Virus genome (UHGV): UHGV-0035817
Reading direction: 5' to 3' (one strand)
DNA length: 30,260 nucleotides
Source of the DNA: a virus
Positions within the stretch are counted from its first letter, which is position 1, and the number at the start of each line of letters is the position of its first letter. The notes under the pieces were generated by a model. It ran no database searches. It saw only the letters and a list, made by a program, of their open reading frames with translations, and had not been told where the DNA came from. A program made the translations under genes and the position numbers. Shown here in pieces: positions 1 to 8,565 of the stretch.

Positions 1-91
1 ATTGATTCATAAATACTCCCGCTATCAACTGACGCTAGTATAACGGAAGCAAATCATCTGCAATGCATTAAGCAGCAAGCAAATTGAGGAT

Positions 92-135
92 AAAAAAAAC
101 CCCCACATCATGTGGGGGAAGACAGGGATGGTGTC
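92..135. repeat. attL core: 44-bp direct repeat identical to 30187-30230
   Basis: Exact repeat AAAAAAAACCCCCACATCATGTGGGGGAAGACAGGGATGGTGTC at both ends of the phage gene block; contains hairpin CCCCCACAT/ATGTGGGGG next to an A8 run (a T-run terminator on the minus strand). Confidence 0.85.
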
Positions 136-183
136 ACAAAAAAGCACCTAACCTGATGATATAAATGGATTTATATCAAACGC

Positions 184-202
184 TGTCCACATAGCGTCCA
201 CA
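184..202. promoter_or_regulatory. Putative integrase arm-type binding sites (tandem TGTCCACA octamers), left arm
   Basis: TGTCCACATAGCGTCCACA; a near-identical 19-mer occurs at 30083-30101 just inside attR. Both lie in phage DNA flanking the core, as expected for tyrosine-integrase arm sites. Confidence 0.5.
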
Positions 203-212
203 TCGATTACCG

Positions 213-250
213 AAAGCCCCAAGCATATGGGGCTTTATTTTTTTCTTTTT
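213..250 (+). terminator. Rho-independent terminator (AAGCCCCA-loop-TGGGGCTT followed by T-rich run)
   Basis: GC stem and TTATTTTTTTCTTTTTT read directly. In the excised circular phage it would lie downstream of int across attP. Confidence 0.6.
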
Positions 251-297
251 TTAGATGTATAACACTTACTCAACCCAATGTTTATTAAGGATTTTCT

Positions 298-705
298 ATG
301 GCAACTCTTAAATCAATAATGGCAATAACCACCTTAATAATTTCACTCAATGCATACGCAAACACGAATGACATTAAAACTCTTCAAAAACAACTGAAAC
401 CATGGCAACCACTAGAAATCACAGCAAAAGATAGCTCTCTTACCGTTGTTCTCCCTGGTAAAAAAATCACATCTGAAGCCTATAATCATTTAATTATGTC
501 CGGTGTATGCACCCCACTTTGGACACATGACGCTCCTTCTTCATTTTTAAAAAATGTAAGTGAAATCAATATAGTTAACCAATATAAGTCTATTGGATAT
601 ACCTTTGAAGACCCATTGACCACATGCAATGAAATCGCTCCTTTAATGGAAAAACCTGCACAAACAGTGGTGTTATCCAAAACTCATACCTACACAGGTA
701 AGTAA
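298..705 (+). CDS. Hypothetical secreted protein (135 aa), accessory gene between attL and ogr
   Basis: ORF with N-terminal signal-peptide-like segment (MATLKSIMAITTLIISLNAYA then NTND), two Cys; visibly AT-rich versus phage backbone; flanked by hairpin terminators on both sides; no P2 counterpart that I recognise. Confidence 0.6.
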   Translation: MATLKSIMAITTLIISLNAYANTNDIKTLQKQLKPWQPLEITAKDSSLTVVLPGKKITSEAYNHLIMSGVCTPLWTHDAPSSFLKNVSEINIVNQYKSIGYTFEDPLTTCNEIAPLMEKPAQTVVLSKTHTYTGK

Positions 706-723
706 ATAGCTCAAATAAGATAA

Positions 724-752
724 AGCCCCTCGACTGAGGGGCTTTCTGTTTG
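724..752. terminator. Bidirectional hairpin terminator between the accessory gene and ogr
   Basis: AGCCCCTC-GACT-GAGGGGCT with T-rich flanks on both strands; sits 4 bp from the ogr stop. Confidence 0.55.
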
Positions 753-755
753 TAA

Positions 756-974
756 TTACATCCACATAATTTGCTGCCCTGACGGCAACGGATGCGGCCT
801 CACGGCGTGGACTTCTCCCGGCTTCACGATGTATCGCTGTACCGACTCATAAGTGATGAACGTGGCGCTGCAATTCACGTTCTGACACTGGTGATAACGC
901 TCTTTTGTCGTGTCAGTGATATAGCGACTTGTACGCGCATGTGCGGCATGCTGGCATAAAGGACAATGAAACAT
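756..974 (-). CDS. ogr: Late transcription activator Ogr (zinc-finger, 72 aa)
   Basis: MFHCPLCQHAAHARTSRYITDTTKERYHQCQNVNCSATF... matches my recollection of P2 Ogr; ORF track start trimmed to the ATG at 974 (RC of cat 972-974). Confidence 0.9.
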   Translation of the reverse strand: MFHCPLCQHAAHARTSRYITDTTKERYHQCQNVNCSATFITYESVQRYIVKPGEVHAVRPHPLPSGQQIMWM

Positions 975-1055
975 CGCGAGCACCTCTTCCGGTTTTGTTG
1001 ATGGTGCCATTTTAGTTAATTTATCCTTATAAAACAAACAGATAAAATAAAAACA

Positions 1056-2219
1056 TTACTCATCATCTTCGGTTTCGTACTCCACATCAGAAAGCCTGAC
1101 CTCAAGCTCTAAGGACGTCGTGAAGCCGCTATTATTCAGAAAATGTGTCACCTTAGTGATTGTCCAGTCCTGCTCGTCTATGACGCGCTTAAAGCCTGAC
1201 ACTCTGACCGGTGTTTCCGTGTAAATATCAGCACGACCAGTGGCAAGGCTGATGGAGAACTCCGCAACACCCCGTTGCAGCTTATCCCACTTCGCCTGAG
1301 CGGCGCGCATGGCCTGCGCTTTCGTGGCATATACCGTGGTCAGGGCAAAAACGTTGTCAGCCTCACCGGCCATGTATTCACCTTCGCGCGCTTCCGGTAC
1401 TTTTGGCGCTTTCTTCTGCGTGACTGGTTTCGCTTTCGGGTGCTCCAGTGCGCGCAGGTGTTTTTCTTTCTTTTTGCGTTTCAGTTTTACCTTCTGCTTT
1501 TGCGGCTTCGGGTCTTTGGTGTGAAGCCACTTTGCCGTTACGCCGGTATAGGCTCCACGGTCAGCAATCGCAAAATGATGACGATCGCCGTCGCTGCGGG
1601 TGATGGTGACCTGCGGGATTTTTTTACCGCTGGCCGTCACCCCCTGCCCCGCTTTGAGAAACAGCAGTTTTCCCATTTTTACCGACACCTCACCGCCGTT
1701 GCGTTCTGCAAGACGGGTCAGAAATTTCGCATCAGACTCCTGCGACTGGTCGATGTGCGGGATTTTAATTCCGGCCAGTGACGGAGCGACACTGGCTTCC
1801 AGCCTGTTACGGGAGGCTATCGCCTCAACAATCGCACCGAGCGTGGTGTCATGCCATGAGCCTTCACGGCGGGAATTGAGCGTCCCGCGAAAATCTGCAC
1901 TCCGGGCGCGGATGGTGACCACATCCGGTGCGCCCCGGTGTTCAACCTCATCAACGGTAAATTTCCCTTTGCATACCAGGGCAAAACCTTTCCAGCCGAT
2001 ATACACCGTCAGGACAGCGCCACGAACCGGCAGCCCGACCTGCCCGTCGGCATCGTTCAGTTCAATATCAAGCTGGTCAGCCTCAAAGCCCCGGTTATCC
2101 GTCAGGGTCATACTCATCAGACGGTCGCTGATATTGCCGGTAATATCCCTGCTGTCGAGCATCAGCATGTAATCCGGCGTCAGCGTACTGCCTGCATCAA
2201 ATGTCAGTGCATCCAGCAT
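1056..2219 (-). CDS. D: Tail protein D (387 aa)
   Basis: Length and position next to ogr and U as in P2; 387 aa equals P2 gpD length. Confidence 0.85.
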   Translation of the reverse strand: MLDALTFDAGSTLTPDYMLMLDSRDITGNISDRLMSMTLTDNRGFEADQLDIELNDADGQVGLPVRGAVLTVYIGWKGFALVCKGKFTVDEVEHRGAPDVVTIRARSADFRGTLNSRREGSWHDTTLGAIVEAIASRNRLEASVAPSLAGIKIPHIDQSQESDAKFLTRLAERNGGEVSVKMGKLLFLKAGQGVTASGKKIPQVTITRSDGDRHHFAIADRGAYTGVTAKWLHTKDPKPQKQKVKLKRKKKEKHLRALEHPKAKPVTQKKAPKVPEAREGEYMAGEADNVFALTTVYATKAQAMRAAQAKWDKLQRGVAEFSISLATGRADIYTETPVRVSGFKRVIDEQDWTITKVTHFLNNSGFTTSLELEVRLSDVEYETEDDE

Positions 2220-2698
2220 TATCCCGCCCCCGTCATATCCGTGAATTTAGTCGCCATACTGCCAGCCTTACCGATGAGCGATTCCGCCTGTTTACCGATA
2301 TCGCCATAAAGCGCGGCCAGTGATTCATCAACGCGGGTGAGCGACAGCGTAAAATCAATTTTTCGGGGTGTGCCGTCTGCAAAGAAAATACTCCCTGTTT
2401 CATTCACCCTGCTGATGACATACATGCCGTAAATCATGCCAGTGCCATCCAGCAACGGCCACGCCCGACCTTCCTCTGCCATCAGCCTGAGCGTGGTCAT
2501 CGTCAGCTTTCCGCCGGTCAGTTCGGGATAAAGCACGCCGGCAAGCGTGATGTTTTCCTCGCCAACACCGAGAAACTGAAAGGCATCCCGTTTACCGATA
2601 CGGGAATTTGACGGCCAGCGATAATCGGATTCACGCTGCATGGTCTGGTGTGGCAGCGTCTGGCGCATAAAAACAAACATACCTAACGCGAGCATCAT
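2219..2698 (-). CDS. U: Tail protein U (159 aa)
   Basis: Position between T and D, 159 aa as P2 gpU. Confidence 0.8.
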   Translation of the reverse strand: MMLALGMFVFMRQTLPHQTMQRESDYRWPSNSRIGKRDAFQFLGVGEENITLAGVLYPELTGGKLTMTTLRLMAEEGRAWPLLDGTGMIYGMYVISRVNETGSIFFADGTPRKIDFTLSLTRVDESLAALYGDIGKQAESLIGKAGSMATKFTDMTGAG

Positions 2699-2712
2699 TT
2701 TTCGTCACCTCC

Positions 2713-5160
2713 TTAACCGTCATGCATCATGCTGGCACGGGCGCGCGCACGTTTATCCCGCTCGTATTTTTCGAGCGCATCCTGTAACTGGCGGTCAAGC
2801 TGTGCCCCCGGCGCAGTACCACCCGTCAGGCTGATGTGATATTCGTTTTTACTCTGGTCCACATAAGAGCGACCAGCCGGTGCCGTGACCGGCTGATAAG
2901 CCTGATAGCCTGCATAAGAGCTGGTCGCCGGAATATAACCACCGGTGCCATACGTGGCGGCATGAGTCCTTGCGACGGTCTGGTCAAGTGTGTCTGACTC
3001 TTTGTTGATAACCCCGAGTTTTTCCAGTACCCAGTCAATACCGCTGCGCAGTTTGTTGAACGCATTAAGCGGCAGCATCAACGCGTCAGCCAGTGCCTGC
3101 CCGAACATGACGCCCGTGTCACGGCAACGGTTCAGGGTGTCCTGGGTGGCTTTAACCGGGGCAATCAGGTTTTTAAACCACTGCCACGCGGCCTGTAACT
3201 TTTCGCCCAGCCAGTCAAACACCGGCTTCAGTGGCGTGAACAGTTCTCCCACCGGCGCAAATGCCGCTTTCAGCCCTTCCACCACACCGCCAAAGAATGC
3301 GCTGACAGGCTCCCAGTATTTACGGATAAGCAACGCCCCGGCGACAATTGCGGCCACCACGACCACAACCGGCCAGCTAATAGCCCCGATGGCGGTCATA
3401 ACAGCACTGCCAACCGTCGTGAAGACTGCCCCCATTGCGCCTGCTGCCGCGATGATGGCATTGATGCCGGTGATAACCGGCCAGGCTACGAGGCCAATGG
3501 CACCGATGATGCCAGTCAGCGCCAGCGCGCCACCGGCAATGATGCCGATGGTTGACGCCAGTGATTTGTTTTTCTGGATCCAGCCGTCGAGTTTTAACAC
3601 ATACTTTGTGGCCGTCTGCGTGAGCTTACGCAGCGCGCCTTCCTGCTGGTCAAACAGGTCAGTCCCCACTGCCTCATAAGCGGACTGAAACTCTTTAAAG
3701 TCACCGCCTAGGTTGTCCTGCATGATATTTACCAGCTCGGCGGTCTTCCCGTCTGAGGCTTTAAACGCAGCGGTCAGTTTGTCCAGCTTTCCGGTTGAGG
3801 CGGCAGTCATCAGCACGGCGGCGGCTGAGCTGGCCTCCTCCCCGAAAATAGTTTTCATGTATTCAGCCTGCTGGGCAGTACCGAGCCGGTTTTTCTCAAA
3901 ACTGGCCTGCATTTCTTTCAGAATGGTAAATATTGGCCGGGTGTTTCCCTTGCTGTCTGAGGTTTTCACGCCAAGCTCTTTGAGTGCATCCCATGCTTTT
4001 CCCGTCGGTGCCTGCAGGCGGCTTAACACGGCACGGCTTCCCGTCCCCGCCATTGAGCCTGTGATTTTTGCATCATGCAGCGCCCCGACCATTGCGGCGG
4101 TTTCTTCAATGCTGACACCGGCATTTTTTGCCACAGGTGCGGCATAGGTCAGCGCATCGCTCATGCCGTCAAAATCGGCGGCGGTTTTGTTCATCGTCAT
4201 GGAGAGAACATCCCCGATATGAGCGACCTTATCGTTTGAAAGCTGAAAGGCGGATTTCATCCCCATCAGCAGGGCGGCGTTTTCTTCCATCGTGCGGCGG
4301 TTCGCCAGCGCCATATTCAGCGTGACCGGCGTTGCCGCCTGAATGGCATCAACATCCCCACCCGCTTTCGCGATGATTATCTGTGCACCGGCCGCATCAT
4401 CCGCCGAGGCGGCGGTATTGTCGCCGAGCTGGCGCGCCTGTTTGCGTAGTGCGGTCATTTCGGCGGAGTCTTTTGCCACTCCGAGCACGGCCTGCAATTC
4501 TGAGTTTTTCTGCGCAAACTCATAACCGGGCATCAGCAACTTAACTCCGGCCATCGTTCCCGCCGCCGCAATCCCCACACCGGCAGCGCCCACTGAGGCC
4601 ATATTTCCTGCCAGTTCCTTTCCGGCCTGATAACGCTGTTTTACTGCGTTAAGTTTTGCCTGTTGTGCACTGACACGCGCCAGTGCGTCACGCTGACGGT
4701 TAAGCTGTGCGGTGGTTTCACTGATACGGTTTTTCAGTCCCTGCTCATCATGTGCAAGATTGCGGGTATTAATTCCCACAACGGCCAGTTCCCGCTGCTG
4801 GCGTTTAACGGAATCCGTCAGGCGGTTATATTTCGCCTGTAAGTCCTCCGCCGCACGCTTTGCGGATTCCAGCACTTTCGCCTGAGCACGGGTCGGACGT
4901 TCGGTGTTTTTAAACTGTGTGGCAAGGGCTTCGGCCTCCTGCCGAGCCTTTTCAAGTGCATGACCAGTCACGGCGAGCTGTGCACTGGTCTTGCGAAATC
5001 CCTCAATACGGGATGCCTGACCGTTCAGCTCGCGCAGTGATTTTTGTGTTTCCCGGATATCCCCCGACAGCGATTTGCTCGCTGTGCGGATGGATTTAAA
5101 CGGGCGGGATGCCTGGTCAACAGCCCTGAGCAATACCTGTAATTTTACATTGTTACTCAT
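2713..5160 (-). CDS. T: Tail tape measure protein T (815 aa)
   Basis: Long Ala/Gly-rich coiled-coil protein with hydrophobic segment; 815 aa as P2 gpT; start ATG overlaps the E' stop. Confidence 0.9.
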   Translation of the reverse strand: MSNNVKLQVLLRAVDQASRPFKSIRTASKSLSGDIRETQKSLRELNGQASRIEGFRKTSAQLAVTGHALEKARQEAEALATQFKNTERPTRAQAKVLESAKRAAEDLQAKYNRLTDSVKRQQRELAVVGINTRNLAHDEQGLKNRISETTAQLNRQRDALARVSAQQAKLNAVKQRYQAGKELAGNMASVGAAGVGIAAAGTMAGVKLLMPGYEFAQKNSELQAVLGVAKDSAEMTALRKQARQLGDNTAASADDAAGAQIIIAKAGGDVDAIQAATPVTLNMALANRRTMEENAALLMGMKSAFQLSNDKVAHIGDVLSMTMNKTAADFDGMSDALTYAAPVAKNAGVSIEETAAMVGALHDAKITGSMAGTGSRAVLSRLQAPTGKAWDALKELGVKTSDSKGNTRPIFTILKEMQASFEKNRLGTAQQAEYMKTIFGEEASSAAAVLMTAASTGKLDKLTAAFKASDGKTAELVNIMQDNLGGDFKEFQSAYEAVGTDLFDQQEGALRKLTQTATKYVLKLDGWIQKNKSLASTIGIIAGGALALTGIIGAIGLVAWPVITGINAIIAAAGAMGAVFTTVGSAVMTAIGAISWPVVVVVAAIVAGALLIRKYWEPVSAFFGGVVEGLKAAFAPVGELFTPLKPVFDWLGEKLQAAWQWFKNLIAPVKATQDTLNRCRDTGVMFGQALADALMLPLNAFNKLRSGIDWVLEKLGVINKESDTLDQTVARTHAATYGTGGYIPATSSYAGYQAYQPVTAPAGRSYVDQSKNEYHISLTGGTAPGAQLDRQLQDALEKYERDKRARARASMMHDG

Positions 5161-5580
5161 TCGTGTTTCCGCTTCGCCGGAGCGCCTTTTCGCGCCATGT
5201 GATGAGTTCGGTCAGGCTCATGGGATACAGTTCTGATGGCGGCCAGTGAAATATCACTGCCACATCCGCCATCAGGTCATCGACCGAGAGATTTTTCGGA
5301 AACGTCACTGCACCGAGTTCGGCGACAAAAAACCGACCACCTTACCGGCCAGCGCCACAAGGTCAGGCAGTTCCAGCGCGGCGACTTCCTGCTCGGTCAG
5401 CATCGGTGCCGTCATGCGCGGCAGCACCTTAATCAGTGCATCGACTTCAGAGTTCGCGACCGCAGCCAGACTGACACCGCGCAGCGTCCCGGCATTGGGT
5501 TTCATCAGCGTGACCTGTTCGATAACCTGCTCACCACGCTTGACCGGATTGTCCAGGGTAATCACATTTTCTTTGTTCAT
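5153..5580 (-). CDS. E: Tail assembly chaperone E+E' produced by programmed -1 frameshift (~142 aa)
   Basis: Slippery heptamer TTTTTTG on the minus strand (plus coords 5326-5332); the -1 frame continues ...FFVAELGAVTFPKNLSVDDLMADVAVIFHWPPSELYPMSLTELITWREKALRRSGNTNE to a TAA at 5153-5155. Confidence 0.8.
5305..5580 (-). CDS. E: Tail assembly chaperone E (91 aa)
   Basis: ORF ending ...KVVGFLSPNSVQ; contains the T6G slippery site near its 3' end. Confidence 0.85.
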   Translation of the reverse strand: MNKENVITLDNPVKRGEQVIEQVTLMKPNAGTLRGVSLAAVANSEVDALIKVLPRMTAPMLTEQEVAALELPDLVALAGKVVGFLSPNSVQ

Positions 5581-5637
5581 GGTTTTCTCACTTCTGAATC
5601 GGGGGTTAACCGGTCAGCCTGGCTGACCGGATGAAAA

Positions 5638-6156
5638 TCACAGGCCGATATTGCGGCGGTGTTGCTCCAGCCGGTCGACGCCGTTCACCTTCTCAATCAT
5701 GTTGATGGTGTCAATTTCGACCAGCTCCTTACCGTCCATCGTCAGCCGGAAATAGGTGCAGACCACGGAGATTTTCGACTCGGTGTCTTCTCCCTGTTTA
5801 CCCTCACCGGTGTCGATTTCTTTCTGACGGCCACGCATGACCACTTCGACGGCCACCGTTTCGCCGGTATCGTCGCGCTGGTAAGAGCCTGCAAAACGAA
5901 TCGGCACGGCATCCACGCCGGTTGCGGCGTAAAGCTCCCAGATAACCGAATCCGGGAAGCCACCGAGCGACCACTCCATTGACAGCGCATCGTCATCAAG
6001 GCCGAGGTCTACCGGTGCGCTGCCGTTCATCCCCGCACCGCGATAGTTTTCGAGCTTACGGGTCAGTTTTGGTAGCGTGACGGACTTCGCGACGCCCTGA
6101 TAGCTGTAGCCGTTCAGAAAGACGTTCATTAACTTGAGTTTGCGCGGCATTGCCAT
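5638..6156 (-). CDS. FII: Tail tube protein FII (172 aa)
   Basis: Size and position between FI and E as in P2. Confidence 0.85.
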   Translation of the reverse strand: MAMPRKLKLMNVFLNGYSYQGVAKSVTLPKLTRKLENYRGAGMNGSAPVDLGLDDDALSMEWSLGGFPDSVIWELYAATGVDAVPIRFAGSYQRDDTGETVAVEVVMRGRQKEIDTGEGKQGEDTESKISVVCTYFRLTMDGKELVEIDTINMIEKVNGVDRLEQHRRNIGL

Positions 6157-6168
6157 CGGTCAGGCTCC

Positions 6169-7359
6169 TTAATTGCTGTTAACCGAAGTGACCAGATTTG
6201 CCAGGTATTTATCGGTAATACGCTGGCGCAGGGTCAGGTTTTCAAGAGGAGGCACCGGTGTATAGTCGTAGTCGATATACAGTTTTCCGGCCTTGAGGGT
6301 TTCCGCATCGTTGGATTCTTCGCTAAACCAGCAGGTCGCATCCACGATATAGCCGTTTGTTTTCAGCTCACGGAATTTGGCATTGATGCCGTCAACGATG
6401 TCACGAATCAGCGTTGCGGTGATGGGCTTGTCCACCGCCCACATGTGCGCCTCAGCCATCGTGTCGGCCAGCACCTGTGCGGTGCGGGTGTAGTTTTCAA
6501 AGAGGAACAGCGGGTCATCAGAGCAGGTACGGTTACCCCAGAATCGGAAACCGTCGCGGCGAATCAGCGTAGTGACGCCTGACTCGTTAAGCAGGTCAGC
6601 ATCGGTGCCGGACTCCTGCAAATCCCAGAATACAGATGCGCTGATGCCGGTAACACCGTTTACCCCGACGTTGGACAGCGTTTTATGCCAGCCCTGCTCC
6701 TGGTCGATTTTAGCGCGCAGACCCAGCGCACGGGCGGTGGCATACGCGGTGGCGGTGGTACTGGTGACCGTATCCCATGCGAGGAAATCCGGCCAGATGA
6801 CCATCAGCTCACGCTGGCTGAAATTCTGGCGGTAGGCTTTCACCTCGGAAATGGTTTTACAGCCCCATGCGCTGATATATCCGAAAGCGCGCAGCTTCTG
6901 ACAGACTGATGCCAGTGCAACAGCCACCTCTTTGGTATCCAGCCCCGGCACACCAAGAATACGCGGTTTAACACCGGTTACCGACTCCGCCGCCAGCAGG
7001 GCTTTCAGTCCGGTGTACTGACCGTTTTCGTCAGTGGTGCCGATGATATTGGAAACGGTCTGCGCGAGTTTCGTTTCCTCGTCGTCGCCGGTGCCGTCTT
7101 CCACACGCACGACAACGGTGACCGGTTTTGACTGGTCGGCGATGGCCTGCAACGATGCCGCCAGCGTGCCTTTTTTACCGGCCTTTGCAATTGCGCTCTG
7201 CACATTGGTAATCAGCACCGGTTTATTGAGGGGGAAGGTTTCCGCATCCGCATCGCTGGCCGTGCAGACCATGCCGACAATGGCAGTGGATACGGTGGAA
7301 ATGACACGGGTGCCGTCGTTAATCTCCAGCACCTGCACGCCGTGATGATAGTCACTCAT
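6169..7359 (-). CDS. FI: Tail sheath protein FI (396 aa)
   Basis: 396 aa, typical contractile sheath position upstream of tube gene. Confidence 0.9.
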   Translation of the reverse strand: MSDYHHGVQVLEINDGTRVISTVSTAIVGMVCTASDADAETFPLNKPVLITNVQSAIAKAGKKGTLAASLQAIADQSKPVTVVVRVEDGTGDDEETKLAQTVSNIIGTTDENGQYTGLKALLAAESVTGVKPRILGVPGLDTKEVAVALASVCQKLRAFGYISAWGCKTISEVKAYRQNFSQRELMVIWPDFLAWDTVTSTTATAYATARALGLRAKIDQEQGWHKTLSNVGVNGVTGISASVFWDLQESGTDADLLNESGVTTLIRRDGFRFWGNRTCSDDPLFLFENYTRTAQVLADTMAEAHMWAVDKPITATLIRDIVDGINAKFRELKTNGYIVDATCWFSEESNDAETLKAGKLYIDYDYTPVPPLENLTLRQRITDKYLANLVTSVNSN

Positions 7360-7418
7360 CCGTTTAACTCCGTGGTTAATGGGTGAGTGGTATTTTCAGT
7401 TGTGCCGGAGATGTCAGG

Positions 7419-8012
7419 CTATTTGTCCCGGTTGGTTAAGGGATGACACAATTTATTTTTTGTCACTGAGGCGGGGAATTTTTTATAGAGCGTGGACAGG
7501 CCAATATCAAAAATCAGTGCCACGCGTTGACGTGATTCCCCTGCAGCCAGCAACCGCCCGGCCTGCTCCCACTCACTCGCGGTGAGTTTCGGACGTCTGC
7601 CACCAATACGACCTTTGGCTCTGGCCGCCTCCAGTCCGGCGCGTGTCCGCTCGACAATGAGTTCTCGTTCCATTTCAGCCAGGGCACCCATCACATGAAA
7701 GAAAAAACGCCCCATCGGCGTGCTGGTATCAATAGCATCCGTCAGGCTGCGAAAATTAATGCCGCGTTCGCGCAGTTCCTCAACCAGAATGACCAGATGC
7801 CGCATACTACGCCCCAGCCTGTCCAGCTTCCAGACTACCAGAGTGTCACCTGCTGATAATGTTCTGAGCAGTTTTTTTAGTCCCGGTCGGTCGGACTTCG
7901 TGCCGCTGATTTTATCCTCAAAAATCAGCTCACATCCTGCGCACTCCAGCGCGTTACGCTGCAATTCCGTGTTCTGGTCATTTGTTGATACACGAACATA
8001 ACCTATACGCAT
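7419..8012 (-). CDS. Serine-family DNA invertase (Gin/Pin/Hin/Cin family, 197 aa)
   Basis: MRIGYVRVSTNDQNTELQRNAL...DTLVVWKLDRLGRSM...GINFRSLTD.IDTS.PMGRFFFHVMGALAEMERELI.ERT: catalytic Ser in YVRVSTNDQ and C-terminal HTH, very close to Gin as I recall it. Confidence 0.9.
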   Translation of the reverse strand: MRIGYVRVSTNDQNTELQRNALECAGCELIFEDKISGTKSDRPGLKKLLRTLSAGDTLVVWKLDRLGRSMRHLVILVEELRERGINFRSLTDAIDTSTPMGRFFFHVMGALAEMERELIVERTRAGLEAARAKGRIGGRRPKLTASEWEQAGRLLAAGESRQRVALIFDIGLSTLYKKFPASVTKNKLCHPLTNRDK

Positions 8013-8209
8013 AAAAATCCCTATAAAAACAGAATAATGACAGAGAATTATCTATATATGTACAAGCGGACAAGGCTATGGGCACTCAGTTACAGTAATC
8101 TTGCTGGATAAGAATATTTACTGATAGTGGATACATAGCCCACTTAGCATTCCCATGTGAAACAATTAAGTATGGTAAGATAGGTTGACCTCAATAAAAG
8201 GAAAATCTG

Positions 8210-8527
8210 ATGAACATCGATACCAATAAAAAAACCACCACACTGAAATATTTTGTCGAAGCCTATCCAGAGAGAATCACTGTTCAAGCGTGGGAACGCC
8301 TAGTCAATGAAATTGGTGATTTAAAAGAAGTTTATGGATATATCGCCTTTCTGCATGACGATGGGTATCTTACAGGAAAGGTAATCTTCGATGGTTCTCC
8401 TGAAAGTATTGATGGATGGAGTGTAGATACTGCCTCTCTAAGGATTACATCACAAGGTTATCATTATTGGAAAAAATTAAACCCTACAACACAAGGGAGT
8501 AGCGGAATCCTCAGAAGGAACAGATAA
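8210..8527 (+). CDS. Hypothetical protein (105 aa), AT-rich orphan gene between invertase and invertible segment
   Basis: RBS AAAGGAAAATCTG-ATG; AT-rich upstream region; followed by a long hairpin; no similarity I can recognise. Confidence 0.6.
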   Translation: MNIDTNKKTTTLKYFVEAYPERITVQAWERLVNEIGDLKEVYGYIAFLHDDGYLTGKVIFDGSPESIDGWSVDTASLRITSQGYHYWKKLNPTTQGSSGILRRNR

Positions 8528-8533
8528 CTAATA

Positions 8534-8565
8534 AAGATGGTAGCACCATTTGGTGTTACCATCTT
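8534..8565 (+). terminator. Hairpin downstream of the 105-aa ORF (AAGATGGTA...TACCATCTT)
   Basis: 9-bp perfect stem plus extended imperfect stem; no strong T-run, so terminator function is uncertain. Confidence 0.4.

Noticed and set aside
92-135. Att core as the 3' end of a tRNA or tmRNA gene
   Set aside because: No CCA end, T-arm or acceptor-stem pattern recognisable; it looks like an intrinsic terminator of an unidentified gene or small RNA instead.
486-680. 64-aa minus-strand ORF inside the attL-proximal accessory gene
   Set aside because: Antisense to the better-supported signal-peptide ORF; AT-rich regions readily give short spurious ORFs.
1275-2172. Plus-strand ORFs of 168, 71 and 190 aa inside the D gene
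   Set aside because: Antisense shadow ORFs within a well-supported minus-strand structural gene; low-complexity, Arg/Ser/Phe-rich translations typical of reverse-strand reading of GC-rich coding DNA.
2990-4525. Several plus-strand ORFs (229, 144, 65, 60 aa) inside the tape-measure gene T
   Set aside because: Antisense to a continuous 815-aa ORF; no RBS context; composition artefacts.
8210-8527. Possibility that the 105-aa ORF is a third cassette of the tail-fibre shufflon
   Set aside because: It has its own RBS and start codon, lies entirely outside both crossover sites, and has no tail-fibre or assembly-chaperone motifs.
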